Assembly (NCBI GenBank): GCA_028287445.1
Contig: JAQBPQ010000238.1
Location: 1,295 to 65,294, forward strand
DNA length: 64,000 nt
Origin: Cohnella sp.
GTDB lineage: Bacteria; Bacillota; Bacilli; Paenibacillales; Paenibacillaceae
Direction: 5' to 3'
Positions 37,949-48,454 of this stretch are shown here, piece by piece. Position numbers and translations under genes: made by a program. The notes beneath the pieces were generated by a model. It saw nothing but the letters and a program-made list of their open reading frames with translations, was not told where the DNA came from and ran no database searches. Every line of letters begins with the position of its first letter. The first letter of the stretch is position 1.

Positions 37949-38944
37949 TTGGTTGATGTCTTATCGCAAAACGAGATCGACGCCCTGCTAGCGGCGCTCT
38001 CGTCAGGGGAAATGGATGCGGAAGAACTCAAAAAAGAGGAAACGCAGAAAAAAATACGCTCCTACGATTTTAAAAGAGCCGTACGATTTTCTAAGGATCA
38101 TATCCGCAGCTTGACCCGTATCCACGAAAACTTCGCGCGTTATTTGACCACCTATTTTTCCGCCCAGCTTCGAACGTTCGTGCAGATCAACGTCGTTCAG
38201 GTGGAACAGCTGCCTTATGATGAATTCATCCGGTCGATTCCAAAGATGACCATACTCAACATCTTTGAGGCCGAACCGCTTGAAGGCCGGATGGTGCTGG
38301 AGGTTCATCCCAACGTCGCGTTTGCGATGCTGGACCGGGTGTTAGGCGGGGCGGGCTCCGCTCCGACCAAGATCGGAAGCTTGACCGAGATCGAGACGAT
38401 TATATTGGAAAGAATCTTCAGCCGCACCTTCGAAAGTCTGCAAGAAGCTTGGAAGACGGTTATCGATATGCATCCGCGGCTTGAGGCGCTGGAGACGAAT
38501 CCGCAGTTTATGCAAATCGTGTCACCGAACGAAACCATCGCGCTGATTTCTCTGAGCACTAAAATCGGAGATACGACAGGCATGATTAACCTTTGTATCC
38601 CGCATGTGGTCATTGAGCCGATCATGCCTAAGCTGTCCGTGCACCAATGGTTTGCTTCCCAAAAGAAGCATAGGGCACCGGAAGAGCAGATCATGCTCGA
38701 AAAGCGGGTCAACAAAGCCAAACTTCCCGTTGTGGCCGAGCTTGGTTCCTCTCATATCTCGGTTATGGAATTTCTCAATTTGGCGGTTGGAGACGTTATC
38801 GCGTTACATAAGCCGACGAGCGAGGGTTTGGAAGTGAAGGTGGGGGACAAGGTGAAGTTCATCTCCAGTCCCGGCACCGTAAGGGATAAGATGGCGATCC
38901 AAATTCACGAAATCGTCAGCGAAGGGGTGGAAGACGATCAATGA
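37949..38944 (+). CDS. fliM: Flagellar motor switch protein FliM
   Basis: VLSQNEIDALL, YDFKR, ETNPQF; TTG 37949. Confidence 0.97.
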   Translation: MVDVLSQNEIDALLAALSSGEMDAEELKKEETQKKIRSYDFKRAVRFSKDHIRSLTRIHENFARYLTTYFSAQLRTFVQINVVQVEQLPYDEFIRSIPKMTILNIFEAEPLEGRMVLEVHPNVAFAMLDRVLGGAGSAPTKIGSLTEIETIILERIFSRTFESLQEAWKTVIDMHPRLEALETNPQFMQIVSPNETIALISLSTKIGDTTGMINLCIPHVVIEPIMPKLSVHQWFASQKKHRAPEEQIMLEKRVNKAKLPVVAELGSSHISVMEFLNLAVGDVIALHKPTSEGLEVKVGDKVKFISSPGTVRDKMAIQIHEIVSEGVEDDQ

Positions 38945-40152
38945 CGAGTAAAGATTATTTGTCCCAAGAAGAAATAGACGCGCTGCTCCGACAATCGTCC
39001 GGAGAAGAAGATGAACCCGCTCCGGCCGCCGGAACGAGATTTGGCGAGCTGTTGGTGGACGACCTGTTGACGCCAATCGAACAGGATGCGCTCGGAGAAA
39101 TCGGCAACATCACGTTTGGAAGCGCCGCGACCGCGTTGTCTACCCTGCTCGGCAAGAAGGTCGACATCACGACTCCTCAGGTGTCCACCATATCGCGCGA
39201 GCATTTCAACGATGAGTTTCCCAAACCTCATGTCGCGGTGCACGTGCGGTATGTAGAAGGCTTCGAAGGGATCAATTCTCTTGTTATCAAATCTCATGAC
39301 GCTCAAGTGATTGCGGACCTCATGCTAGGCGGCGAAGGAAATCCGGAGTCAGAGGAATTGAATGAAATTCACATCAGCGCCGTTCAGGAAGCGATGAACC
39401 AGATGATGGGATCGTCGGCGACCTCGATGTCGACGATCTTCAACCGGTTGGTCAACATTTCACCGCCAGGCATTGATATTCTGGATTTTCCGAACGGTAC
39501 AGGCTTCAGCAACATGCCGCAGGATGATTTTTTCGTCAAAATATCGTTCCGACTCAAAATCGGGGATTTGATCGATTCGACGATCATGCAACTGCTGACG
39601 GTTCCGTTTGCCAAGGAGCTGGTCCGTTCCTTGATGGCCGGCGGCGAAACATCGGAGCCGGCACCACTGCAAGCCCCTGTGCAGCAGGCACCCTTGGCCG
39701 TGGCGCCTCAAGCCCCGGCGTATACGCAGGCTCCGCAGGAATTGCAGCCTGTGCAACAGATGCCGCCGGCCGCGATTCCAACCGCGATGCCCTCGTACCC
39801 ACAAAAGCTGGGAGCGCCGGTAAACCGGAATGTCAACGTCAATCCCGTGCAGTTCGCCAGTTTTCAAGGCGCTGGCTTGACGCAAGCGGACGAAACCAAT
39901 TTGAACCTGTTGCTGGATATCCCGCTTAAGGTCACGGTTGAACTGGGCCGCACCCAGAAGCAGATCAAGGAAATTTTGGAGCTGTCTCAAGGCTCCATCA
40001 TTGAGTTAGACAAGCTCGCCGGCGAGCCTGTCGACATCTTGGTTAACAACAAGCTGATCGCCAAAGGCGAGGTCGTGGTCATCGACGAAAACTTCGGTGT
40101 TCGGGTTACCGACATCGTCAGCCAATGGGATCGCGTCCAAAAAATCCAATAA
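38941..40152 (+). CDS. fliY: Flagellar motor switch phosphatase FliY
   Basis: LSQEEIDALL, CheC-like EIGNI and EAMNQ, FliN-like C-terminus (ENFGVRVTDI). Confidence 0.96.
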   Translation: MTSKDYLSQEEIDALLRQSSGEEDEPAPAAGTRFGELLVDDLLTPIEQDALGEIGNITFGSAATALSTLLGKKVDITTPQVSTISREHFNDEFPKPHVAVHVRYVEGFEGINSLVIKSHDAQVIADLMLGGEGNPESEELNEIHISAVQEAMNQMMGSSATSMSTIFNRLVNISPPGIDILDFPNGTGFSNMPQDDFFVKISFRLKIGDLIDSTIMQLLTVPFAKELVRSLMAGGETSEPAPLQAPVQQAPLAVAPQAPAYTQAPQELQPVQQMPPAAIPTAMPSYPQKLGAPVNRNVNVNPVQFASFQGAGLTQADETNLNLLLDIPLKVTVELGRTQKQIKEILELSQGSIIELDKLAGEPVDILVNNKLIAKGEVVVIDENFGVRVTDIVSQWDRVQKIQ

Positions 40153-40172
40153 ATTCTTCGGGAGGAAAAGAG

Positions 40173-40535
40173 ATGGCCAACCGCATTCTCATTGTTGATG
40201 ATGCAGCATTTATGCGTATGATGATTCGCGACATTTTAACCAAAAACGGCTATGAGGTGGTTGGCGAAGCCCAAGACGGCGCTCAAGCGATTGAGAAGTT
40301 CAAGGAGCTTCATCCGGATCTTGTCACCATGGATATCACAATGCCCGAAATGGACGGTATTACCGCGTTGAAGGAAATCCGCAAATTGGACACGAATGCG
40401 AGGGTGATTATGTGCTCGGCGATGGGCCAGCAAGCGATGGTCATCGACGCGATTCAAGCAGGAGCCAAAGATTTTATCGTGAAGCCTTTCCAAGCCGACC
40501 GCGTGATCGAGGCCATCAAGAAAACACTCGGATAA
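40173..40535 (+). CDS. cheY: Chemotaxis response regulator CheY
   Basis: ILIVDDAAFMR, MDITMPEMDG, FIVKPF; ATG 40173. Confidence 0.97.
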   Translation: MANRILIVDDAAFMRMMIRDILTKNGYEVVGEAQDGAQAIEKFKELHPDLVTMDITMPEMDGITALKEIRKLDTNARVIMCSAMGQQAMVIDAIQAGAKDFIVKPFQADRVIEAIKKTLG

Positions 40536-40554
40536 GTCGGGAGCGATTGCGTTC

Positions 40555-41094
40555 ATGAAAGGTTTATTGTACGCGGTGAACGAAGTCCCGCAAGCCGGAT
40601 CGGTCTGGGATTTACTGAAGGTGTTGTTCGTTTTGGCCCTGATCGTCGGGCTTATCGTCGTGCTTCTCCGATTTTTTGCCAAACGCAACCGCGGTTGGTG
40701 GATGAACCGTTCGCTCCGCTCGCTCGGCGGTCTTCCGCTAGGGACCAACAAATCCATGCAAATCGTGCAGTGGAACGGCCGGATCTATGTGCTGGGCATC
40801 GGCGATACCGTTACGCTTCTCGAGTCGATCACCGATCCCGAGATGGTCGCTTCTCTGCTGGCCGAATTTGACACTTCTCTCGTATCGAACGGGCCCAATC
40901 TTTCCGATTGGCTTCGCAAACTGGGACAACGAAGAAACGCACAGGGAAGCGAAACTCCGGGGGGGGTGACGGAAAGCCGACCGAATTTCGAGCAAACCCT
41001 TGAAATCCGGATGCGCCAACTCGCAGAACGAAGACAGCGGGTGGAAAAATTGCTGGAGGAGAAACCGTCCGACGATCGGTCGGACAACCTATGA
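40555..41094 (+). CDS. fliO: Flagellar biosynthesis protein FliO (FliZ)
   Basis: N-terminal TM, LGGLPLGTNKSMQIV; between cheY and fliP. Confidence 0.85.
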   Translation: MKGLLYAVNEVPQAGSVWDLLKVLFVLALIVGLIVVLLRFFAKRNRGWWMNRSLRSLGGLPLGTNKSMQIVQWNGRIYVLGIGDTVTLLESITDPEMVASLLAEFDTSLVSNGPNLSDWLRKLGQRRNAQGSETPGGVTESRPNFEQTLEIRMRQLAERRQRVEKLLEEKPSDDRSDNL

Positions 41095-41843
41095 AAAACA
41101 AAATCTTAGCGAGTTTCTTTTTTCTTTTTTTCGTTGGTTTAACCCTTGCGGGAACCGTTTTTGCGGCAGCATCTCCCGCCATCAACATCACCCTGGGAGA
41201 CGGCAAGCAGCCGGTAGGCGCTTCGGCGTTATCGCTGCTGCTGCTCATCACCGTACTTAGTATAGCGCCGGCCATTCTCGTACTTATGACGAGCTTCACA
41301 AGAATCGTCATTGTGCTCGGATTTGTCCGAACGTCACTGGGTACGCAACAAATGCCGCCCAACCAGGTGTTGATCGGACTGGCCTTATTTTTGACCTTTT
41401 TTATTATGTCGCCGACATTGTCTCAGGTGAATTCAGATGCGTTACAACCTTATTTGAAAGGCGATATCACGCAGACCGCCGCACTTCAGAAAGCGTCCGT
41501 TCCGATGAAAGCATTCATGTACAAACATACGAGAGAGAAAGACCTGCTGCTTTTCATGAATTATACGAAAGCCGCCAAACCCAAAACATACCAAGACATT
41601 CCAATTACCGTGCTTGTTCCTTCCTATGCGCTTAGCGAATTGAAGACGGCTTTTCAGATGGGCTTCATGATTTTTATCCCGTTTCTCATCATTGATATGG
41701 TCGTGGCCAGTACACTGATGGCCATGGGGATGATGATGCTGCCGCCCGTCATGATTTCGCTGCCGTTCAAAATATTACTCTTCGTTTTGGTAGACGGTTG
41801 GTATCTTATCGTCAAGTCGCTGCTCACCAGCTTTCAGACCTAA
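41091..41843 (+). CDS. fliP: Flagellar export protein FliP
   Basis: MTSFTRI, QMPPNQVL, SELKTAFQMGF, MGMMMLPP. Confidence 0.97.
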   Translation: MKNKILASFFFLFFVGLTLAGTVFAAASPAINITLGDGKQPVGASALSLLLLITVLSIAPAILVLMTSFTRIVIVLGFVRTSLGTQQMPPNQVLIGLALFLTFFIMSPTLSQVNSDALQPYLKGDITQTAALQKASVPMKAFMYKHTREKDLLLFMNYTKAAKPKTYQDIPITVLVPSYALSELKTAFQMGFMIFIPFLIIDMVVASTLMAMGMMMLPPVMISLPFKILLFVLVDGWYLIVKSLLTSFQT

Positions 41844-41877
41844 ATCGCCGGCGGCCTGAGTCAACGGGAGGAAAACG

Positions 41878-42147
41878 ATGAGTTCCGAATTTATCATAGG
41901 CCTGGCAGGCCAAGCGCTATTTACCACCCTTAAAGCGAGCGCGCCGATGCTCGGAATGGGATTGATTGTCGGTCTCATCGTCAGCATTTTTCAGGCGACC
42001 ACGCAAATCCAGGAGCAGACGCTTGCCTTTGTTCCCAAAATCGTCGCCGTGTTTTTAGCAGTGCTCATTTTCGGACCTTGGATCCTGAACGTACTTGTTG
42101 ATTTCACGAGCAACCTGCTCGGAAATCTGGCGAATTACATCGGATAA
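41878..42147 (+). CDS. fliQ: Flagellar export protein FliQ
   Basis: FQATTQIQEQTLAFVPK. Confidence 0.97.
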   Translation: MSSEFIIGLAGQALFTTLKASAPMLGMGLIVGLIVSIFQATTQIQEQTLAFVPKIVAVFLAVLIFGPWILNVLVDFTSNLLGNLANYIG

Positions 42148-42153
42148 CACACC

Positions 42154-42951
42154 ATGCTGACAACCGATACGATTATGCAGATATTTCCCGCCTTTTTGCT
42201 TGTGTTATGCCGAATTACTTCCTTTTTTGTTGTGGCGCCGGTGTTTTCCAGCCGTAACATTCCGGTGACTTTCAAAATCGGATTTGCTTTTTTTGTTTCG
42301 ATAATCGTGTTCCTGACCGTCGGATTTGACACGAAAGTGACGGTGGATGCCGCCTATTTGTTAGCCGTTCTGCGTGAAGTGTTGGCGGGCTTGATCATTG
42401 GCTACGTGTCCTACTTGTTTTTTGCGGCGGTACAGACGTCGGGTGCATTGATGGATATGCAAATCGGCTTTGGAATCGCGAATATCGTCGATCCCCTTAC
42501 CGGCGTTTCAGCTCCGTTGATCGGGAATTTGAAGTACATGTTAATGACGCTCGTCTTTCTTTCTCTGAACGGGCATCATTACTTGTTGGCCGGCATCATG
42601 GACAGCTACAAATGGATTCCGCTGGACAACGGTTTGTTTCACGTGATATACGGGGGCAGTATAACCGAATTTATCGTTCGGACGTTCGCGGATACGTTTC
42701 TGCTGGCATTGCAAATATCGGCACCCATCGTCGTGGCCATGTTTTTGACCGATGTGGGATTGGCGCTCTTGGCGCGAACCGCCCCCCAGTTTAATGTGTT
42801 TGTCATCGGCGTTCCCATCAAAATTTTGGTCGGAATCGCTTTGCTCATTTTGTTGCTGCCTGGATTCGGCGTCCTGTTTCAAATGGTATTCGATCATATG
42901 TTCAACGCTTTGAATAAACTTTTTACCATCTTGAAGGATACACCGAAGTAA
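42154..42951 (+). CDS. fliR: Flagellar export protein FliR
   Basis: Hydrophobic; DMQIGFG, LNGHHYLL, ARTAPQFNVF. Confidence 0.95.
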   Translation: MLTTDTIMQIFPAFLLVLCRITSFFVVAPVFSSRNIPVTFKIGFAFFVSIIVFLTVGFDTKVTVDAAYLLAVLREVLAGLIIGYVSYLFFAAVQTSGALMDMQIGFGIANIVDPLTGVSAPLIGNLKYMLMTLVFLSLNGHHYLLAGIMDSYKWIPLDNGLFHVIYGGSITEFIVRTFADTFLLALQISAPIVVAMFLTDVGLALLARTAPQFNVFVIGVPIKILVGIALLILLLPGFGVLFQMVFDHMFNALNKLFTILKDTPK

Positions 42952-42971
42952 TGGGTAAGGAGGTGACTTAA

Positions 42972-44075
42972 ATGCCCCAAGTGCCCCGTTTTCGTTTCCG
43001 GATGGATTTACAGTTGTTTGCCGGCGAAAAAACGGAAAAAGCGACGCCCAAGAAACGACAGGAATCCCGCAAAAAAGGCCAGGTAGCCAAAAGTGCCGAG
43101 CTTCCGGGTTCGCTCATTTTGCTGGGTACGCTTTGCTGCTTTATGGCGCTTGGCCCCTTTTTTACTCAACGGGTGAAGGCTCTGTTTGGCGATATTTTCA
43201 TCAACCGTCTGAATATGCAGGTATCCGAGCAAAACGTGTTAAACCTGTTTACCCATTACGTGATGGAGCTGTTCATACTGCTCTCGCCGATTCTGGCGAT
43301 CGTACTTCTCATTGCATTCGCTGCGAATTATGTTCAGGTCGGATGGCTCTTCACAACTGAACCTCTGAAAATGAAGCTGAGCAAACTGAATCCGATATCG
43401 GGCGCCAAGCAAATCTTTTCTACGCGTTCGATGGTCGAGTTTCTCAAAACTTCATTGAAGCTGATCGTGATCGGGCTGGTCGTCTATTCCGTCCTGATGT
43501 CGGAGAAGAAACGGTTTCTTGAACTGTCACACGTTCCGATTCAGGAAATTTTCGCTTTTACCGCGGACATTACCATCCGGCTCGGATTACTCGTAGCTGC
43601 AGTGCTGTTTATTATTGCGTTGGCCGACTATATGTACCAGAAATACGAATATGACAAAAGTTTAAAGATGAGCAAGCAAGACATCAAGGATGAGTACAAA
43701 AACACGGAAGGCGATCCGTTGATCAAAGGAAAGATCAGAGAGCGCCAACGGCGGATGGCCATGATGCGGATGATGCAAGAAGTGCCTAACGCGGACGTCG
43801 TCATCACCAACCCGACTCACTTCGCCGTCGCTTTGAAATACGACGTCACCAAGATGGAAGCCCCCACCGTGGTGGCCAAAGGACAAGATTATGTGGCTTT
43901 CCGCATTAAGGAGATCGCCCGCCAAAATGATGTCGTGACCATGGAAAACAGGCCGCTCGCCCGCGCGCTTTACGAACGGACCGAAATCGGGGATGCCGTC
44001 CCCGGCGATCTGTTCCAAGCCGTCGCCGAAGTTCTGGCTTACGTATATCGCCTCAATGGCCGTCGACGCGCCTGA
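42972..44075 (+). CDS. flhB: Flagellar export switch protein FlhB
   Basis: EKTEKATPKK, EGDP, intact NPTH autocleavage motif. Confidence 0.97.
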   Translation: MPQVPRFRFRMDLQLFAGEKTEKATPKKRQESRKKGQVAKSAELPGSLILLGTLCCFMALGPFFTQRVKALFGDIFINRLNMQVSEQNVLNLFTHYVMELFILLSPILAIVLLIAFAANYVQVGWLFTTEPLKMKLSKLNPISGAKQIFSTRSMVEFLKTSLKLIVIGLVVYSVLMSEKKRFLELSHVPIQEIFAFTADITIRLGLLVAAVLFIIALADYMYQKYEYDKSLKMSKQDIKDEYKNTEGDPLIKGKIRERQRRMAMMRMMQEVPNADVVITNPTHFAVALKYDVTKMEAPTVVAKGQDYVAFRIKEIARQNDVVTMENRPLARALYERTEIGDAVPGDLFQAVAEVLAYVYRLNGRRRA

Positions 44076-44146
44076 GGCACACAAGCAAACGGCTGCTCAC
44101 CAGAGCGAACAGCAAAAAGAGGACATTTCGGAAGGGAGGGATCGAA

Positions 44147-46180
44147 TTGAAAATCAAGGACCTCAGCATCCTGATCGGCATCATCGGCGTCGTCCTCATG
44201 ATGGTCGTGCCGATCCCGACTTGGCTGCTGGACTTGCTGCTCGTCCTGAACATATCCATAGCGCTTATGATTTTGCTGATCTCCATGAACACACAGGATG
44301 CGCTGAATTTTTCAATCTTTCCAACCCTATTGCTGATTACGACGATTTTCCGGCTGTCCCTCAACATCTCGACAACCCGGCTCATTTTGCGGGATGCCAA
44401 TGCCGGACATGTGGTGGCGACTTTCGGTAATTTCGTCGCCGGCGGCCAGTTGGCCATCGGCTTCGTCGTCTTTCTCATTTTGGTTATCGTTCAATTTATC
44501 GTCATCACCAAAGGTTCGGAACGTGTCGCAGAAGTCGCCGCCCGGTTTACGCTCGATGCGATGCCCGGTAAACAGATGAGTATCGACGCAGACTTGAATG
44601 CGGGACTCATCAACGAGACGCAAGCGCGCGAACGCCGCGAAAAGATCCAAAAGGAAGCCGATTTTTACGGTGCCATGGACGGTGCGAGCAAGTTCGTCAA
44701 AGGGGACGCGATTGCGAGTATTATTATCGTTCTGATCAACCTCATCGGCGGTTTCATCATCGGGATGGCCGTTCACGGCATGAGTATTACGGACGCGCTC
44801 AGCACGTTTTCCGTCCTTTCGATCGGTGACGGTCTGGTCACACAAATTCCCGCACTCCTGATCAGTACCGCGACCGGTATCATCGTGACACGCGCGGCGT
44901 CCGAAGGAAACTTGGCGCATGATATGAGCAGCCAATTGTTTCGTTATCCGCGCTTGTTGTATATCGTGGCAGGAACGGTTGCGCTGCTCGGTCTCGCGAC
45001 GCCGATTCCGTTCATCACCACCATGCCATATGCCATCATTCTAGTCATCGCCGGTTATCGGCTTCAGAAGAACCTGGATCGGCAAAAACAGAAAGAAGAT
45101 CTTCTCGTCGAGGAGAAAGAATTCGAGGAAGTTCGCAGCCCCGAGAGTGTCATCAGCCTGCTGCAGGTCGATCCGATCGAATTTGAGTTCGGTTATGGTC
45201 TCATTCCCTTGGCGGACACGCAGCAAGGAGGCGACTTGCTGGACCGGATCATCATGATTCGGCGGCAATGCGCCTTGGAAATGGGTCTGATTGTTCCCGT
45301 TATCCGAATTCGCGACAATATTCAACTAAAACCGAACGAATATGTTATCAAAATGAAAGGAAATATGGTGGCTCGTGGCGAATTATTGATAAATCATTAC
45401 TTGGCGATGAGTCCCGGATTTGAGGATGACTCGATTACGGGTATTGAAACGCAGGAGCCGGCCTTCGGTCTTCCGGCGCTCTGGATAGACGAGAGCACGA
45501 AGGAACGGGCCGAACTCGCCGGGTATACGGTGGTGGATCCTCCTTCGGTTGTGGCTACCCATTTGACGGAAGTCATTAAGAAGTATGCTCATGAATTGAT
45601 CGGTCGCCAAGAGACCAAAGCGCTTGTAGAGAGTGTGAAGGATACATACCCGGCACTTGTGGACGAGCTCATTCCTTCCATCCTCAGCATTGGAGAAGTT
45701 CAAAAGGTTTTGTCCAAACTGCTCAAAGAGAAAATTTCGATCCGGGACTTGGTTACGATATTCGAAACGTTAGCGGATTACGGCAAGTTCGCCAAAGATC
45801 CCGAGGTGCTTACCGAATATGTCCGTCAAAGTCTGTCTCGCCAAATTACGCAGCAATACGCCCAACCGAGTGAGCCGCTGAAGGTCATTACGATCAGCCC
45901 GGCTGTGGAGAAAAAAATCGCCGAGTCGGTCCAACAGTCGGATCAAGGCAGCTACCTGGCAATGGATCCTGCATCCTCCCAATCGATCTATCAGAGGCTC
46001 ACGGAGCAGGTGAACCGCCTGGTGCAATCAGGTCAGCAGCCGATCATCCTGACCTCACCGACCATCCGGATGTATATGCGACAGCTTCTCGAACGGAGTC
46101 TGCAAGATATTCCAGTTCTTTCGTACAGCGAACTGGAACCGAATATTGAAGTGCAAAGTGTCGGGGTGGTGAACGCATGA
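44147..46180 (+). CDS. flhA: Flagellar export gate protein FlhA
   Basis: RVAEVAARFTLDAMPGKQMSIDAD, FYGAMDGASKFVKGDA. Confidence 0.98.
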   Translation: MKIKDLSILIGIIGVVLMMVVPIPTWLLDLLLVLNISIALMILLISMNTQDALNFSIFPTLLLITTIFRLSLNISTTRLILRDANAGHVVATFGNFVAGGQLAIGFVVFLILVIVQFIVITKGSERVAEVAARFTLDAMPGKQMSIDADLNAGLINETQARERREKIQKEADFYGAMDGASKFVKGDAIASIIIVLINLIGGFIIGMAVHGMSITDALSTFSVLSIGDGLVTQIPALLISTATGIIVTRAASEGNLAHDMSSQLFRYPRLLYIVAGTVALLGLATPIPFITTMPYAIILVIAGYRLQKNLDRQKQKEDLLVEEKEFEEVRSPESVISLLQVDPIEFEFGYGLIPLADTQQGGDLLDRIIMIRRQCALEMGLIVPVIRIRDNIQLKPNEYVIKMKGNMVARGELLINHYLAMSPGFEDDSITGIETQEPAFGLPALWIDESTKERAELAGYTVVDPPSVVATHLTEVIKKYAHELIGRQETKALVESVKDTYPALVDELIPSILSIGEVQKVLSKLLKEKISIRDLVTIFETLADYGKFAKDPEVLTEYVRQSLSRQITQQYAQPSEPLKVITISPAVEKKIAESVQQSDQGSYLAMDPASSQSIYQRLTEQVNRLVQSGQQPIILTSPTIRMYMRQLLERSLQDIPVLSYSELEPNIEVQSVGVVNA

Positions 46181-47526
46181 AAGTCAAACGATATTTAGTC
46201 GACGATTTGCCGCAAGCGGTTCAGATGATTCGCAGCGAGCTCGGTTCCGACGCCGTCATCCTGAACACCAAAGAAATCCGCATCGGCGGATTTCTTGGCA
46301 TGTTTCGCAAGAAACGTGTGGAAGTGATCGCGGCCGTCGACGAAGCTTCCCGCAAAGCGCCCGCTCGCACGCAGCCGGTACGGCCGGCGAAACCTGCAGT
46401 CGATGCGGAGAAATTGTTTTCCACAGCGCTAGCCGAAGTTCCTGAGATTCGGACCCCCATTCCCGACCAAGCGGTGCGGAATAAATACGCCAGAGGTTTG
46501 GCGGGCAACGCCCCGCCGGAGGCGCCAGCCACGGGGGTGGCCGTCGCGGAACCGTCGGAAGAATTTATGGCATCACCTGTAAATTCGGAACCGCAGCCGC
46601 GAACCGCTGCGTCGTCTGCCCCTGGCGCTGCGGAAGATCAAGCACCCGAGGACACGTCGGCCCTGATGCAGGAATTGCGGACGATGAAAGACATGATGAC
46701 CAGGCTGACCCGGCAGCAGACGTTCCGAAGCATGCCCGAATCGGTCATGAAGTGGAGCCGGCGGCTGGCCGAACAAGGCGTCGATCCCGTTCATGTCGAG
46801 CAATTCGCGGAAGAAGTCCGGAACCGGCTGATCGACCAAGAAGAAACGAACGAGGCGGCGTCCTATGAAGCCGCGAAGGAAGTGCTGCTGGCCTGGCTGC
46901 TTCCATGTGCAGGAGCAGGCTTCGCGCCCGGCACCCGGATCGTTCACCTCGTCGGTCCGACCGGCGTCGGAAAGACGACCACCATCGCCAAGCTGGCCGC
47001 CGAGCAGTCGCTCAACCACAGGCGGTCGGTAGGGCTCATCACCGCGGACACTTATCGAATCTCAGCGGTCGATCAACTTCGGACCTATGCGGACATTTTG
47101 AATGTGCCTCTCGAAGTGGTGTTCTCTCCGGGGGAATTGACCCGTGCGTATAAGAAAATGGCCGGTCTGGATCTGCTGTTCATGGATACCGCAGGCCGCA
47201 ACTACCGCAACGAGCTGTTCGTCTCGGAAGTGAACAGCCTGCTCGCACCGGGAGAAAAAGCGGAGACGTTCCTGGTGCTCAGCATGACGCACAAATATTC
47301 CGATATGAAACAGGTAGCCATTCAATTCGCTAAATACGGAATTCGCCGGCTCATGCTGACCAAGACAGACGAAACCGATACCTTCGGGGCGATGGTTAAT
47401 CTCGTCCGTGAATTTTCCTTTCCCATCTCTTACATCACATGCGGGCAGACCGTGCCTGACGACATTCGCCCCTTTGCACCCGGTGAATGGGTAAACAGGC
47501 TGCTGGGGGAACCGGACCATGACTGA
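46177..47526 (+). CDS. flhF: Flagellar GTPase FlhF
   Basis: [43 protein letters not shown]. Confidence 0.95.
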   Translation: MKVKRYLVDDLPQAVQMIRSELGSDAVILNTKEIRIGGFLGMFRKKRVEVIAAVDEASRKAPARTQPVRPAKPAVDAEKLFSTALAEVPEIRTPIPDQAVRNKYARGLAGNAPPEAPATGVAVAEPSEEFMASPVNSEPQPRTAASSAPGAAEDQAPEDTSALMQELRTMKDMMTRLTRQQTFRSMPESVMKWSRRLAEQGVDPVHVEQFAEEVRNRLIDQEETNEAASYEAAKEVLLAWLLPCAGAGFAPGTRIVHLVGPTGVGKTTTIAKLAAEQSLNHRRSVGLITADTYRISAVDQLRTYADILNVPLEVVFSPGELTRAYKKMAGLDLLFMDTAGRNYRNELFVSEVNSLLAPGEKAETFLVLSMTHKYSDMKQVAIQFAKYGIRRLMLTKTDETDTFGAMVNLVREFSFPISYITCGQTVPDDIRPFAPGEWVNRLLGEPDHD

Positions 47527-48382
47527 TCAGGCACAAGCGCTTCGGCAATTGGTACATACGAGGGAAGTTCCAGAGACGAGGACGACCAGGGTGGTCACCG
47601 TGACCAGCGGCAAAGGCGGGGTCGGGAAGTCTAATTTCAGCCTCAACTTCGCCATGGCGCTTCAGCGGCGCGGGCACAGCGTGCTCGTTTTCGACGCGGA
47701 CATCGGAATGGCCAACATCGATGTGCTTCTCGGAACGCCGGCCAAGTACAACTTGTTTCATCTCCTCAAGGGAGAGAAGAGCATCTGGGACATTATCCAG
47801 ACAGGCCCTAACGGCCTGCAATTCATTGCCGGCGGTTCCGGATTCCAGGAACTGGTGCGGTTAACCGATGAGCAGATCGAATATTTCGCCGCACAAATCG
47901 GCCAACTCAACGGTCATTTCGATTTTATTCTGTTCGATACGGGTGCGGGTTTGTCCAAGGAAACGCTTCGGTTCATTACGGCAGCCGATGAGGCGATCGT
48001 CGTGACAACGCCGGAACCCACCTCCATCACGGACGCTTACGCACTGATGAAAATGGTCAAAACGATGGGGCACCAAGTACCGTTCCGTCTGGTTGTAAAC
48101 CGGGTCAGCGACGACCGTGAAGGACAGGTGACCGCAGATAACATCCGGCAAGTCGCTTCCAAGTATTTGCAGATGGAACTCCCGGTGCTTGGGTACATCC
48201 CGGACGATACCAACGTCTCCAAAGCGGTGAAAAGGCAAACCCCATTGACGGTGGCTTACCCGGATAGCCCGGCCACGCGAGGGATCGATCGGATCGCGTC
48301 GCGTTATTTGCTGGAAGAGCGGGAATCGGGATCGATGGATGTAACCGGATTCCTCCAACGTATGAAACGTTTGTGGAGCTGA
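47519..48382 (+). CDS. flhG: MinD-like ATPase FlhG (YlxH)
   Basis: DQAQALR, SGKGGVGKSN, TPEPTSITDAY. Confidence 0.95.
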   Translation: MTDQAQALRQLVHTREVPETRTTRVVTVTSGKGGVGKSNFSLNFAMALQRRGHSVLVFDADIGMANIDVLLGTPAKYNLFHLLKGEKSIWDIIQTGPNGLQFIAGGSGFQELVRLTDEQIEYFAAQIGQLNGHFDFILFDTGAGLSKETLRFITAADEAIVVTTPEPTSITDAYALMKMVKTMGHQVPFRLVVNRVSDDREGQVTADNIRQVASKYLQMELPVLGYIPDDTNVSKAVKRQTPLTVAYPDSPATRGIDRIASRYLLEERESGSMDVTGFLQRMKRLWS

Positions 48383-48454
48383 AGCGGAAACATTCGCCCG
48401 ATCATTCACGGCCGGTACCGAGAAGACCAGAAACCGCGGAAGGAGAAGTCCTAG